49,909 nt of DNA from a virus: positions 1 through 49,909 of the IMG/VR virus record IMGVR_UViG_3300028837_003833, one strand, 5' to 3'. This document shows, piece after piece, positions 15,398-26,400 of this stretch (within the stretch, counting starts at the first letter, position 1; every line of letters begins with the position of its first letter). A program made the position numbers and the translations under genes. Below the pieces are notes generated by a model. The model saw nothing but the letters and a program-made list of their open reading frames with translations, ran no database searches and was not told the DNA's origin.

Positions 15398-15990
15398 ATT
15401 TCGAATTTTTCTTGAATTCTTTTTTTAATAATCTTAACTAAATTATTGCTTACCCCTAAAACTATTGCTATTTCCGAAGAATTACACCCCTCCACTTTTT
15501 TATCGAGAAAAATAAACATTTGCTTAGCACATCTTTTTGATTCTGTATGGGTTATATATTCTTTAAAATCATTCAAGTATAATTTAAAAAGATCTTCCTC
15601 ATCATCATCAATAATTCGAGGAGTACATGGAGCATATTCAAATTTATAGGGACCTGTATCTTTAGTTGTATATTCCCAGATATCTTGCATACCCGAATAT
15701 TTTTCTTGAGAATTATTTACTTGAGTTATAAATTTGTACTGTACATTGACATTCTTTTTTGCCATTTGAGGCATTACCCAACAAATTAAAGTACCTATGT
15801 AAGAATCAAAAGATCCTTTTTCTTCCCTATACCTCTCAAGAGCTTTTGTTTGTATCATTTTAACATAAAATTCTTGTAGATGTTCATGTACAAGTTCTCG
15901 ATCGAATATCCCAGTTTTGTAAATGAAAAATTTTAGCAACTGGTCTCCATTTTTTTCCACAAACGATTTTATATCTCGAACTATTTCCAT
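15379..15990 (-). CDS. Sigma70/ECF-like RNA polymerase sigma factor (203 aa)
   Basis: Region 2-like (EHLQEFYVKM...RYREEKGSFDSYI) and region 4-like HTH (EGCNSSEIAIVLGVSNNLVKII). Confidence 0.75.
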   Translation of the reverse strand: MEIVRDIKSFVEKNGDQLLKFFIYKTGIFDRELVHEHLQEFYVKMIQTKALERYREEKGSFDSYIGTLICWVMPQMAKKNVNVQYKFITQVNNSQEKYSGMQDIWEYTTKDTGPYKFEYAPCTPRIIDDDEEDLFKLYLNDFKEYITHTESKRCAKQMFIFLDKKVEGCNSSEIAIVLGVSNNLVKIIKKRIQEKFEIWKMLS

Positions 15991-16015
15991 AAAAAGACTC
16001 CATTAATATATGTGA

Positions 16016-19000
16016 CTATTTAAGATATAAAGTACAAAGGACTATAAAAGCATCTACAGACATTTTTTCTACAGTTTTGTGAAGAATTTCTCCATTCTTA
16101 CCTATAAGACAAATTTTCATTTTTGGACCAATATAGAGATTATTATCCGTTTCTTGGATCATATCAAAAATGAACCTAAGTTTTTTTGCAGAAAGAGTCT
16201 CAAAATTTACAGGATAATTGAAATATCCATCTTTATCTATATTTTTACTATAATCTGCATCAACAAAAAGATTTTGTTCTACCTTATTTATCAACAATTT
16301 AGAATCATTTTTCTTTGCAACCTCCCCTATTTGATTATTATCTTTTATTACCATAGTTCTACAATAGCTCATCGTTTCCATAGACGCTGTACCAACTATA
16401 GATGGGGTACAGTCTTTTGTACTCTCTTCTTCTACTACCGATTCTTTTGTCTCTTTCTTTACAGGCTCAGACTTTTTTATAGATACAGTTTCTTTTGAAG
16501 ATTCTACTTTTTTCTGTATAGGATTAACTTCCTCTTTAGATTTTTCTTTTACTTCCTTCCAATAATCATGGTCTACGTAAAAAGTATCACCATACTCAGC
16601 ATCTACCTCAAGGGGAACTACCCATTTTAATTTATCTGTGACATCCCTAATTTTCATAAGCTCACATAATTCAGGGATGATCATATGCATTTTTTCTTCT
16701 CGTACTTCAAAGAGTATTTCATCATGAACGGGAAGAAGAATTCTAATGTCTTCCTGAAGATTATTATCTTGTATCCACCGATATACTCTCCACATAGCTA
16801 TCTTAATAACATCAGCACCCGTATTCTTACTGATTATCCCTACTGAATCAAATCTATGAAGATCAGAATGAACAGACAAAGTATAAGTCTCTTCTTTTTT
16901 GTCTAAAATAACCTTCTTTTTTAATTTGTAATGATAATATATTTCTTTTGGAAGATCACAATTATAGTCCTCTAACATAGATATCATACCAGGTAATGTT
17001 ATAGCTTTACCAGTATTGAGTTTAGAAAAATAACTACAATCTTTACTACTCTTACGATCATATATGGGAAATAATTTAGAATGAAATTCTTTCCTTAAAA
17101 AATCTGGAAGAAGCATCTTATTAGAAGTATTACGACGTTTCCACTTAGTACTTTGTATCTCTAATAATTCTTCCACTTTCTTTAGATCTTGCCACTCAAG
17201 TTTAAAGTTCCCCCTATTAACAGGGTATATTCGTGAGGGTATTCCCAGAGTCCATCCTATGAGTTGAACATCTCGCAAAAGACCCATATTAGGAGTATGG
17301 AAACCATATCTATTTCGTCTTTTTTTACAACCATCCGTATCAAAATAACCCTGTAAAAATGACTTTCTCATACTGACTGGTACTTTGAATATTACTTCTG
17401 GAATTCGTTTATGCCTTGCATCATCAGATTTATATCCAAGCTTAGTAAAAAGGTCAACTAATCCTTTTGAATTTATCGACACCTGATAAGACTCTCCTTT
17501 AGCAGAGTAAATCTTATTAATTTTAGATAAACATAAACCAAAGTTCTCTAAAGAATTTTTAATATTAGGTAAATACTTTTTTATTTTTTCTTTATCAAGA
17601 CATAAGGTTATTGATTGTCGAGATTTAATCCGAATATTCCCATACCCTATAACATAGCCCATAAGATATGCTATAAAATCCCACTGTTCTGGAGTGTTTA
17701 TCTGAAAATTTTTATCATTATGTGCTATGGATTTATAATGATAATCTTCAGGGTATACACCAAAATCTTTAAGAGAAGGTATTGAAACACATATATCAGT
17801 ATTTTCATCTATATTTTCAAAATGTCTAAATTCATATCCATTTCTTCCTACAACAAGTACTTCATGCCTCGTATCACATCTTAATATCATACCATTAGAT
17901 AATTCTATTATTGCTAACTGAGCTTCACCTCTATTTAATACATCAAATGTTTCCCATGTAGTACCCGTCCATATTTTTAGATCTTCTCCATTATCTTTTA
18001 ATTTCTTTATTTCAATTATAGGTATATATCCATATTTATCGGTTAAGCACTTCTCTTCTTTCATTAAACAACCTTGGATCGCTGAATTTATTGCACATCT
18101 ATCACCTTTTGCTTGTATTCCTTTATCTGGATGATTATAATATTCGTCAAGAGGACGCCTTCTACCAAAAGCTGTTTTACTATACCCTCGTTTACGAGAA
18201 GCTTTACATTCTATTTTAATCCATTTTTCTAATCCAGAGTACTGTTTAAAGAAATTGAGTATCATTTTTTTAGCAGTATCATAAGCTATTTTAGCCTGTG
18301 CTGCAAAACCCCCTGCGCCCCCGCCGTACATCGTTAAGAAGTTAAGAGTGTTGTGTGTCACAAAACCTTGAGCTACATAAGTATGATCGTCTTCTATGGA
18401 GATATCCCACAGTTCAACTTTTTTTACTAATTCTATATTTTTTATTTTGGTATTCCAATATTGATTCTTTCTGGAGCACTTAGCCATTGGTTTAGTTACA
18501 TAAGCTTTTAATTTATTTGTTTTTAATTTACTTATAAAACCTATTTCTTTTGCAAATTTATTAGCTGCTACTCTTCCCATCTGTACCTGATAATAATCTC
18601 TTTTATATTTCTTAGAAGGTTTAGTATATATATAAGCTTTTATACCGAATGAGCTTAACAATAAGACTATGTCTTGTGCTAATTCCTTATCTTTAATACA
18701 TACAGATACTAAGCTATCAACAGTACCATCAGCTTCAAATAATCTTTTTAAAAATTCTTTTGAGATATACTTTGGAGATTTAAATATAAAATCAGGTACT
18801 CTAAATACTTTACCTATTATACACAAATAACCTATTAACCTAGCCCGTAAAGGATTTATCTCTATGTAAGGTAATGATTCAGAGATAAAATTATTATTTC
18901 CCTTATCCCAAAAATTAAAATGTACTTTATATATCTCTGTAGGATTGATCTGTTCACAAGAAATAGATTTTAATTCTTGTCCTTCTCGAAGATCTTCTGC

Positions 19001-20698
19001 TCTAACCCACTTATCCTCTGTTGTTAAAAATCTATGGTTATAACCACATATAATCTTATAGCCTGTAGTAGATTCTATAACCTTTGCCTTTTTTACGCCC
19101 ATAAAATGAACTGCGGTCACTCTTTTAAGTTCTCCGGTATGTGTAACTACTTTATCCCCCTCTTTAAGCTCTTCAATAGGTATCCAACCCATTTCAGAAG
19201 CAATTAATGTTCCTTTAGCTACACATTTACCCATCGAACGCTCTTTCTTAGTAATCTCTGTTTTACCTGTAATAATCTTACCCGTGATAGTATGAAGGTC
19301 ACCAATACCATGGAGAAACTCTTGTATCCATTTTGGTTCTCTTGAAAAATTAGTAGCAATCCTCAACTCTTCACCACTATAATCGATTGACACCATCTTA
19401 AAACCATGGTGTGCTATCATAGCTCTTCTTAAGTTTATTGCATGAGGGTCTGATTTATCATATGTTGGAATGTTCTGACAGTTTACACCACAGTATCCAT
19501 CTACTAAAAGCCCCTTACCACCTGATCCACTAAATCTCCCTGTATCAGCTTGTACCTGATTAAGCTGAAACTTTACTTCATCATTTTCATCTGCATTTAC
19601 TAACCAATTATGTAAATAAGTACTTCTAATTTTAACATAACCCCTATAAGTTAGAATTAAATTAATGATAGGGTTTTTAGTGGATACTAATTCAAGAATT
19701 TCACTATTAGTATGATGATGACCTGTTTTAGTCTTTATAGCTTTTGCAGGGTAAGGGAGCTTAAGTTCTTCAAAAAGAACAACACCAAGCTGTTGCGTAG
19801 AGTTAATATCAAATTCATGCCCAGCAATAGAAAAGATATCCTTAACTAATTTAGCCATTCTCTTTTCTATGTCAGCATTAACACTAATCAAATACTCTTT
19901 GTCTATTTTTACTAAATTTCTTTCCATCTCCATGGTAACAAATTGACAACGTTTCTCTATTCGATAAATAAACCATGGACCCATCTTTTCATTGCCGTTT
20001 ATTTTATCTAATCTATTTTTAAGATATAAATACAAAGCCAAAGTATTCATACCATCCCCTCCACCGTAATACACTGCTTTTTGAGGAGGGACCATATGAA
20101 ATGCTACAATATTCTTTTTAGTTCCCTGAATACCAAGATCGTTTATTTCAAGCTGCGGTCTATCAAGAAGTGTCTCAGATAAATATTTTAAACCTTTTAT
20201 CTTCCTTGAAGCATCCTCTATAGATGCCATTAAGTAAGTATCTTCATACTGATCTATACTATCAATAATTATTCCATTAGCTCTAAGTATCTGTCCATCA
20301 TATTTAAAGTTGTGAAATATTAAAACACAATTTGCAACTAATCTTTTTGTCTCTCTTAGTATAAAAGAAAGTGAAACATTAAATTCTTGAGCATCTTCAT
20401 GAGCTATAGGGATATAAATTCCCTCATCAGGGTCATGAGCCAAACAAAGACCTACTATTTTTGCATATGTCCCACCCTCAGGATCTTCCCGGGTATTAAG
20501 ACCAGTAGTTTCGAGATCATATGAACAAATACCTTTTTCTATACATCTATCAAAGTATTCTTCTATTTCATGCTTTTTTGTTAACAATCTGAATAATTTA
20601 GTTTTCATCCAAGGTCGAAGCTCTATAAGCTCCTTTACTTGCACTTCTGTAAATTCATCCAAACTTGCTGATGCTATATCTATACCAGACTCTGCCAT
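16016..20698 (-). CDS. polA: Family A DNA polymerase with 3'-5' exonuclease and two inteins
   Basis: Exo I YDLETTGL, Exo II FHNFKYD, DTGRFS, NCQNIP, motif A DYSGEELRI, motif B RSMGK|TLNFLTMYG, NSAIQG|TGADVIK, motif C VHDEI. No 5'-3' exonuclease domain. Confidence 0.95.
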   Translation of the reverse strand: MAESGIDIASASLDEFTEVQVKELIELRPWMKTKLFRLLTKKHEIEEYFDRCIEKGICSYDLETTGLNTREDPEGGTYAKIVGLCLAHDPDEGIYIPIAHEDAQEFNVSLSFILRETKRLVANCVLIFHNFKYDGQILRANGIIIDSIDQYEDTYLMASIEDASRKIKGLKYLSETLLDRPQLEINDLGIQGTKKNIVAFHMVPPQKAVYYGGGDGMNTLALYLYLKNRLDKINGNEKMGPWFIYRIEKRCQFVTMEMERNLVKIDKEYLISVNADIEKRMAKLVKDIFSIAGHEFDINSTQQLGVVLFEELKLPYPAKAIKTKTGHHHTNSEILELVSTKNPIINLILTYRGYVKIRSTYLHNWLVNADENDEVKFQLNQVQADTGRFSGSGGKGLLVDGYCGVNCQNIPTYDKSDPHAINLRRAMIAHHGFKMVSIDYSGEELRIATNFSREPKWIQEFLHGIGDLHTITGKIITGKTEITKKERSMGKCVAKGTLIASEMGWIPIEELKEGDKVVTHTGELKRVTAVHFMGVKKAKVIESTTGYKIICGYNHRFLTTEDKWVRAEDLREGQELKSISCEQINPTEIYKVHFNFWDKGNNNFISESLPYIEINPLRARLIGYLCIIGKVFRVPDFIFKSPKYISKEFLKRLFEADGTVDSLVSVCIKDKELAQDIVLLLSSFGIKAYIYTKPSKKYKRDYYQVQMGRVAANKFAKEIGFISKLKTNKLKAYVTKPMAKCSRKNQYWNTKIKNIELVKKVELWDISIEDDHTYVAQGFVTHNTLNFLTMYGGGAGGFAAQAKIAYDTAKKMILNFFKQYSGLEKWIKIECKASRKRGYSKTAFGRRRPLDEYYNHPDKGIQAKGDRCAINSAIQGCLMKEEKCLTDKYGYIPIIEIKKLKDNGEDLKIWTGTTWETFDVLNRGEAQLAIIELSNGMILRCDTRHEVLVVGRNGYEFRHFENIDENTDICVSIPSLKDFGVYPEDYHYKSIAHNDKNFQINTPEQWDFIAYLMGYVIGYGNIRIKSRQSITLCLDKEKIKKYLPNIKNSLENFGLCLSKINKIYSAKGESYQVSINSKGLVDLFTKLGYKSDDARHKRIPEVIFKVPVSMRKSFLQGYFDTDGCKKRRNRYGFHTPNMGLLRDVQLIGWTLGIPSRIYPVNRGNFKLEWQDLKKVEELLEIQSTKWKRRNTSNKMLLPDFLRKEFHSKLFPIYDRKSSKDCSYFSKLNTGKAITLPGMISMLEDYNCDLPKEIYYHYKLKKKVILDKKEETYTLSVHSDLHRFDSVGIISKNTGADVIKIAMWRVYRWIQDNNLQEDIRILLPVHDEILFEVREEKMHMIIPELCELMKIRDVTDKLKWVVPLEVDAEYGDTFYVDHDYWKEVKEKSKEEVNPIQKKVESSKETVSIKKSEPVKKETKESVVEEESTKDCTPSIVGTASMETMSYCRTMVIKDNNQIGEVAKKNDSKLLINKVEQNLFVDADYSKNIDKDGYFNYPVNFETLSAKKLRFIFDMIQETDNNLYIGPKMKICLIGKNGEILHKTVEKMSVDAFIVLCTLYLK
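16823..18070 (-). mobile_element. Intein 2 in PolA (416 aa; LAGLIDADG)
   Basis: IQG|CLMKEEK ... YTLSVHSDLHRFDSVGIISKN|TGAD; motifs YLMGYVIGYG and FLQGYFDTDG. Confidence 0.92.
18350..19225 (-). mobile_element. Intein 1 in PolA motif B (292 aa; partly deleted LAGLIDADG endonuclease)
   Basis: K|CVAKGTLI ... DISIEDDHTYVAQGFVTHN|T. The second motif FLKRLFEADG is present; the first (RLIGYLCIIG) is degenerate and the inter-motif region is nearly absent. Confidence 0.92.
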
Positions 20699-20700
20699 AT

Positions 20701-21261
20701 TTATACCTTTTTCTCTTTTAATCTTTTAAAAACTCTTAGCATACTCGCCTTTAACTTGGCGAATTGTTCTTCAAATTTTTCATCTGATATTGCATATTTT
20801 AGCATCATATATGCATAAACAAATTTAGTATAGATAGATTGTTCCACTTCATCTCGCACAGCAGTAATAGCCATATATATTTTAGCTATAGCTAATTTTC
20901 TATTATCTATTTTTGGGATAACTTTTTTCGTTAATATCTTTACATGCTCTTCAGTAGCTTCCGGTAAAACCGATATATCAATTCTATATTCTTTTACTAT
21001 ATGATTGATAGCCCCACTAAAACTTAATCCCTCCTGTTTTCTTATATATGAAATAAAATCTAACTTTTCTTTACATACCCAACAATAAGATGTATCAGTC
21101 TGTCTATAATACCGAGCACTCTTTTTTCTATCTACACCATGAAATTTACAGGAAAATTGTTCTTCATCAAGCTCACCCGTAATAAGCCCTTCCCTTTTCA
21201 TCAAATTTCCTAATGAAACATTCTGTAATATTAATTCTTTTAAACTTTCAAGATCTTTCAT
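20701..21261 (-). CDS. Stand-alone CHC2 (primase-type) zinc finger protein (186 aa)
   Basis: CKFH...S...YCWVC...D.I.YI...EGLSF..AI; no TOPRIM domain follows. Confidence 0.85.
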   Translation of the reverse strand: MKDLESLKELILQNVSLGNLMKREGLITGELDEEQFSCKFHGVDRKKSARYYRQTDTSYCWVCKEKLDFISYIRKQEGLSFSGAINHIVKEYRIDISVLPEATEEHVKILTKKVIPKIDNRKLAIAKIYMAITAVRDEVEQSIYTKFVYAYMMLKYAISDEKFEEQFAKLKASMLRVFKRLKEKKV

Positions 21262-22793
21262 ACGATATCACTTATATCTATAATATTATCAGCATTCTCA
21301 ATAGAATGAGTGTAGTTCCAAATAAATCCAGTATCAAAATCTATGCATGCATCAAAGGGCTTGAAAAATCTATTTCTTCTATTTTTAAGACAACAAAATT
21401 TTAATCGATTATTATCCCCATCATTATCAAACTTATACTCGGATACAATTAAATCTGCAGATCTCTCTATTTCATGATTATTACTTATTGCTGTAAGATC
21501 ATATATTCCCTCATTCTTTTTCGCCTCTTTGTATCCATCACGATTACACTGATGAGGAGACAATATCCTCATTCCCATACCATTATTAAAAGTGATACAC
21601 AATCTCTTTAGATTCTTTACAATATTATTGGTAGTCTCGTTGTGATCCCTAGAACGCTCCTCCTCATCAGCTCCCATGAGACTAATATAATCTATCACCC
21701 CAAATTCAAGATTTCTACCCGTAAGCTGGAGATCTTGCTGATACTGTCGAAACCTCAACTCAATATCAGAAAGAGTTGTTACCGTTTTATCTGGCTGCCA
21801 AATGTAAACCCTCCCATATACATTACCATCAGTATTGGTATCAAAGTCATCACAAACTTTGAAATAGTATTCTTTTTCTTCAGCATTTAATCGAGCATAT
21901 ATGACATTGTTATAAGAAATTTTACCTACGAGATGAGCATACTGGGGCCATAAGACTCTAAAACGAGGATTACAACTATGAAGAACATAAATTTTATCAC
22001 GAATTTCTCTAAATGACATTTCCAATGTAATAAATGCTGTATTCCATCCCCCATATAATGCTCTATATGCCATATTAAGAGCAAAGGTAGTTTTACAATG
22101 TCCTGTAAACGCTGTAATAATCATCAACTCACCACTCTTAAGACCTCCTGTAGATTCATCAATATTCTGAAGCCAAGTTTGTATCCCGATAGAACCCCCT
22201 GGATTTGCTTCAGCTTTATTATAATCCTTTTTTGCTTCTCTTATGTCCTCTTCACTTATAATCTGACTCTCTGTTTTTATCCCATTTTCTTTTTCACTAA
22301 AAGGTCTGGTTTCTCTTGCAATATAGGATATTGAATCTGAGATGCCTTTTAGTTTAACTTTATGCCTCTTCTTCGTAATGACAAGACCACTTGAAGCTAT
22401 TTTTTGAGCATTATTAAGAACTTTATCTAATTCTAAAATTTGTTGTTGTTCATTATACTGCTTAACTATCGTACGATAATCCATGCCAACATAGGGTTGC
22501 TGCCCTTTTATTTTATCGAGGATTACCAGAACCGATTCACTCCCCTCAACATTTTTAAAGTGATTTTTTATAAATTCAAAAGAGGGAACTTCCTGTACAT
22601 CTGCATCACACTTTTTAATATATTCAAGAATAAAATAGTAGATATTCTTATATGCTTTTTCTTCCGGAGACTTGGGTATTATCTTCTGAAGAGCTCTAAA
22701 ATTCTTTATACAATCCATTTGAGAAATTGTTTCTCTACCCTCAGCATTTTTTATATAAATAATAGATCTAAATATTTCATCTATTTCTATCAT
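21258..22793 (-). CDS. DnaB-like replicative helicase (511 aa)
   Basis: IDESTGGLKSGELMIITAFTGHCKTTFALN (Walker A variant), FITLEMS, VIDYISLM (Walker B), QCNR, IERSADLI, KNR. Confidence 0.9.
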   Translation of the reverse strand: MIEIDEIFRSIIYIKNAEGRETISQMDCIKNFRALQKIIPKSPEEKAYKNIYYFILEYIKKCDADVQEVPSFEFIKNHFKNVEGSESVLVILDKIKGQQPYVGMDYRTIVKQYNEQQQILELDKVLNNAQKIASSGLVITKKRHKVKLKGISDSISYIARETRPFSEKENGIKTESQIISEEDIREAKKDYNKAEANPGGSIGIQTWLQNIDESTGGLKSGELMIITAFTGHCKTTFALNMAYRALYGGWNTAFITLEMSFREIRDKIYVLHSCNPRFRVLWPQYAHLVGKISYNNVIYARLNAEEKEYYFKVCDDFDTNTDGNVYGRVYIWQPDKTVTTLSDIELRFRQYQQDLQLTGRNLEFGVIDYISLMGADEEERSRDHNETTNNIVKNLKRLCITFNNGMGMRILSPHQCNRDGYKEAKKNEGIYDLTAISNNHEIERSADLIVSEYKFDNDGDNNRLKFCCLKNRRNRFFKPFDACIDFDTGFIWNYTHSIENADNIIDISDIV

Positions 22794-22801
22794 AATATCC
22801 C

Positions 22802-23485
22802 CTATACATTAGAAACAGCATCATTTAAATTTTTTTCATTCTTAATCAAAGATTCTGCACGAGAAACATACCCTTTAAATTTTTGCAGTGTATCCAAGTT
22901 AATGTGCTTATATGTTGTAAGATAAGACTCTAAATCAACACTATATTCTCGAGCTTCTTTTAGATGTTCTTCACTGTAAACATAAATCCAAGTAGGCTTT
23001 GCAATTCTACTACGATTTTTAATCACCTCTGAAACACAGTCCTTAAGACTAGTATATCGGGCACTGGAGGTAAACATCAATGCCATCATATCATATTGAT
23101 TAAGATGACTCGTTGTTAACCAATCTCCTGAAGTACCTCTTGGAACATTGTACTGTTCAACGATAGTCCCTCCTTCAAGAATTATGTAATTTTTATACAT
23201 AAACCCTTTTAAAAAATAACATTTTACAATGTAAAGAAAAATATCTTCTACACCATAAAAAATGTAATTTTTATTATTACCATATTCACTATGAACTAGT
23301 ACAGAGTCCTCCGGGTGAGGCATACTTACGGGGGATAGTATTCCAAATTTTTTACCGATACTAATGTTTATTTTACAATAGCATGGCTCGGTATGGGGGT
23401 AGAGTGTTCTGTGACCCCCAACATTTTTTTCCACAAAACCAGTTGAGATAAAACCAGTGTCATGACAATATGGGCATTTTTCCAT
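22802..23485 (-). CDS. Degenerate DnaC/DnaI-like helicase loader (227 aa)
   Basis: N-terminal CPYCHDTG...PCYC and C-terminal 'HLNQYDMMAL...EVIKNRSRIAKPTWI' resemble loader AAA+ elements; sits directly upstream of the helicase. No GxxGxGKT motif. Confidence 0.6.
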   Translation of the reverse strand: MEKCPYCHDTGFISTGFVEKNVGGHRTLYPHTEPCYCKINISIGKKFGILSPVSMPHPEDSVLVHSEYGNNKNYIFYGVEDIFLYIVKCYFLKGFMYKNYIILEGGTIVEQYNVPRGTSGDWLTTSHLNQYDMMALMFTSSARYTSLKDCVSEVIKNRSRIAKPTWIYVYSEEHLKEAREYSVDLESYLTTYKHINLDTLQKFKGYVSRAESLIKNEKNLNDAVSNV

Positions 23486-23491
23486 AAACTT

Positions 23492-26400
23492 TTATGCAAC
23501 TTTTTTGAAAACTGAATTATATAGGGCATCAATTATGCCCTCTTCATCCTTAAACAAAATCTCATCATCTTTAAACTTTATTGCACCCTCAGCTATATCA
23601 CCAATTACTTCACTTATTAAATTTTTCTTACTATCAAGGATATCAAGGACATGTTCATCGATAGTCTTTTGATTAACCATATGAAGAAGCAAAATATGTT
23701 CCCTGATACTACCTATCCTCTGAGCTCTACCAATAGATTGATAAAGATCCCCATAAGACCATGGTGTATCATAATAAAGTATTATTCCTGCAGCTTGCAA
23801 ATTTATTGCTGCAGATCCAGCCTGAGTAATAAAAATAATCTTACAATCTTGCTTTAAATCTTGGAAATATTTACGAGAATCATTTCTTTCCTGAATATTG
23901 TTATCTCCGGTAATCTGTGTGTATTTTATACCAAGATCATCAAGTATTACTGATAATCTCTTAATACCCGTTTTAAATCGTGTAAATACAATTGTTTTTT
24001 CATCTGAAAGTTCTTGATCAAACAATCTTCTAAATTCGGTTTCTTTTGAACTCTCACCTTCTTCACCTAACCATCCAGGACCATTAGATACTAACTGACA
24101 ATAAGATAAAGCAGCTATCTTATTTTTTTCTAAACCTTCTTTAGTAAGAGATTCTTCATATCTTATTCGAAGTAACTCATACATCTTTTCTTCTTTTTCA
24201 GTAGGCTGAGCAGTGTTATTATAATAAGATTCGAATTTAAAATATTTTTCTCTTATCAACTTACAATAAAGCTCACCGCTTAATGCTTTTCTATAAAGCT
24301 GTGTCTGTTCCTCAGACATTTCCAAAATAACCTTTCGAGAGATAAGTCGAGGAAGTTCATCTGCTACTTCTCTGGTTTTTCTTGCTAAAAAGAAAGGATC
24401 AATAATCTGCTTAAATTTTCCAAGATTTTTGTATCCTACTACTTTATTAAAAAATCGCTTTTTACCTTTTCTCCATAAAGACATTTTTTTGCGCACAGCA
24501 TATTCATTAAGAAAAGCTATTTTCCCTGGAAAAATACCCGGAGTTATTACCCTATATATAAAATAAGCTTCCTCTAATCTATTTTTTATAATAGTTGCAG
24601 ACATTCCATAACAATATGTTGCCTTATCCGATATCTCGTTAGCACCAAACCATGTTTTAGTTTTCCCGTTTTTAAATTCTTGGCAGTTACTTACGAGAAT
24701 ATTATTAGCGAAATAACTGTGATTATCCTCTACTTCAATATTATACTTGTATCTCGAAAAAGTTTTTTTAGAGTATTCGAATGGGGTGCTATATTCAATA
24801 ACATCCTCACACCTTTCCCAACCATCATCTTCAACTTGATAAGTCTCCCAAAACCCCCCACACGGAAGCATAGATTTATACAACATGCACGGGGGTATGT
24901 AATCAGATATCAAGTGTAATAACTTTATGCTACTATCTTTATTTGCTCTTAAACTATATAATTTCTTTCCACTTTTTGTTTGAGGGACGATAATAAACTC
25001 GATTCCCCAAGTAACTCTAAAATAATCTATGATTATCTCATTCTCTTTTTTAGAAAAGCCATGCGTACTTAAAGTTACTTTATCCCCATGTCTATTAGAG
25101 TATGACCCATCATCACAATACCATATTGCTATCCCAATAGGAGTTAGGCTCTCCAACCACTTTTTTGATACAACTTTTTTCCCTGATTTATTAACTATAT
25201 TTAAGTCACGTATAATATCTGTAATTGCAGTGGAGCACTCCGTACCAATGGTGTGCATAGGCTCTTTATTCCAACCGCTTTTCTGAATTGTTTCAAATGT
25301 TATGTGGTGAGACATCAGTTTTTTCTTAAAATCTAAGTAATCTAACCTCTTCCTTGATTGCATCATTTTTACTCCAGTACCAAGACCCTGAAGCAATCTT
25401 TTTATATATCGTATACTCCCATCACCTAACAATGATCCAAGTATAATCTGTTTTTGTATATCTGTTATTTTCTTTATAACCCCATAGACTATATCTCCTG
25501 GAATTAGCTCATCTGCTCTCTTTTTACCTAAAGATGTGTAGAATCCATGGTTAGGGCTACATATTACAGACAGAGTTCTTTTTCTTTTTACCTTGTACCA
25601 ACGTACAGCCTCATTCCTAAAAAAACTTACAACTTTTTTAACCTCAATCTTATTAGTCTCAAAGTTAAAAGACAAGACATCTACGCTCATTTCTCTGGAT
25701 ACAATCTTGCCGATAAGTTCGGTAGTACCATCTGCTAATGTGATCGGGGTATGATAGCTAAAGCATTCGTCAAAGGCTACCTGATATGTAGGTAATCTAT
25801 TTTCAATAATAAATTTATAATCTTCTTTAACGGCATAGTAGTTCACTATAAGGACATCAGCTTTTATAACCTGATATTGTGCCTTACGAGCTGCAAAACC
25901 CCTAATGATACAGCATTTGTGACCTGCTGCCTTTAACTCTTCTATTGTACCATACTGACCAGTACTCTTCATTCTACGTGTTTTTGGGTCCTTACACCGA
26001 ACCTCACCAAATTCATTAGTGAGAACATGCACAGTGATACCTACACAGAATGTTTCAAATTCCTCTTTCCATTGCTGCATAGCTGATTTTGGAGTTGCTA
26101 CTATAAGTTTAAGTTTTGGTTCCGTCATACGACGATAAACGTATGAGGTTATCATCTGTAAGGTGTTGTGGTTTACAAAGCCATTACCAACAAAGTTATG
26201 CTCTTCAGGAACATGAAAGTCTGCAAATGTATCTCTAACTTCTTCTACCAAAACTATCTTATCAAAATAGTAATTCTTATCTTGAATAAATTTTAAGATA
26301 GAATAGTTCGAAACTACTTCTTTTAAATTATGTGTCGCTATCGCTTGCATAAATGAATCAAGTAAATCATAAGTCAGTCTTTTCTTCTTATAAATAACTT

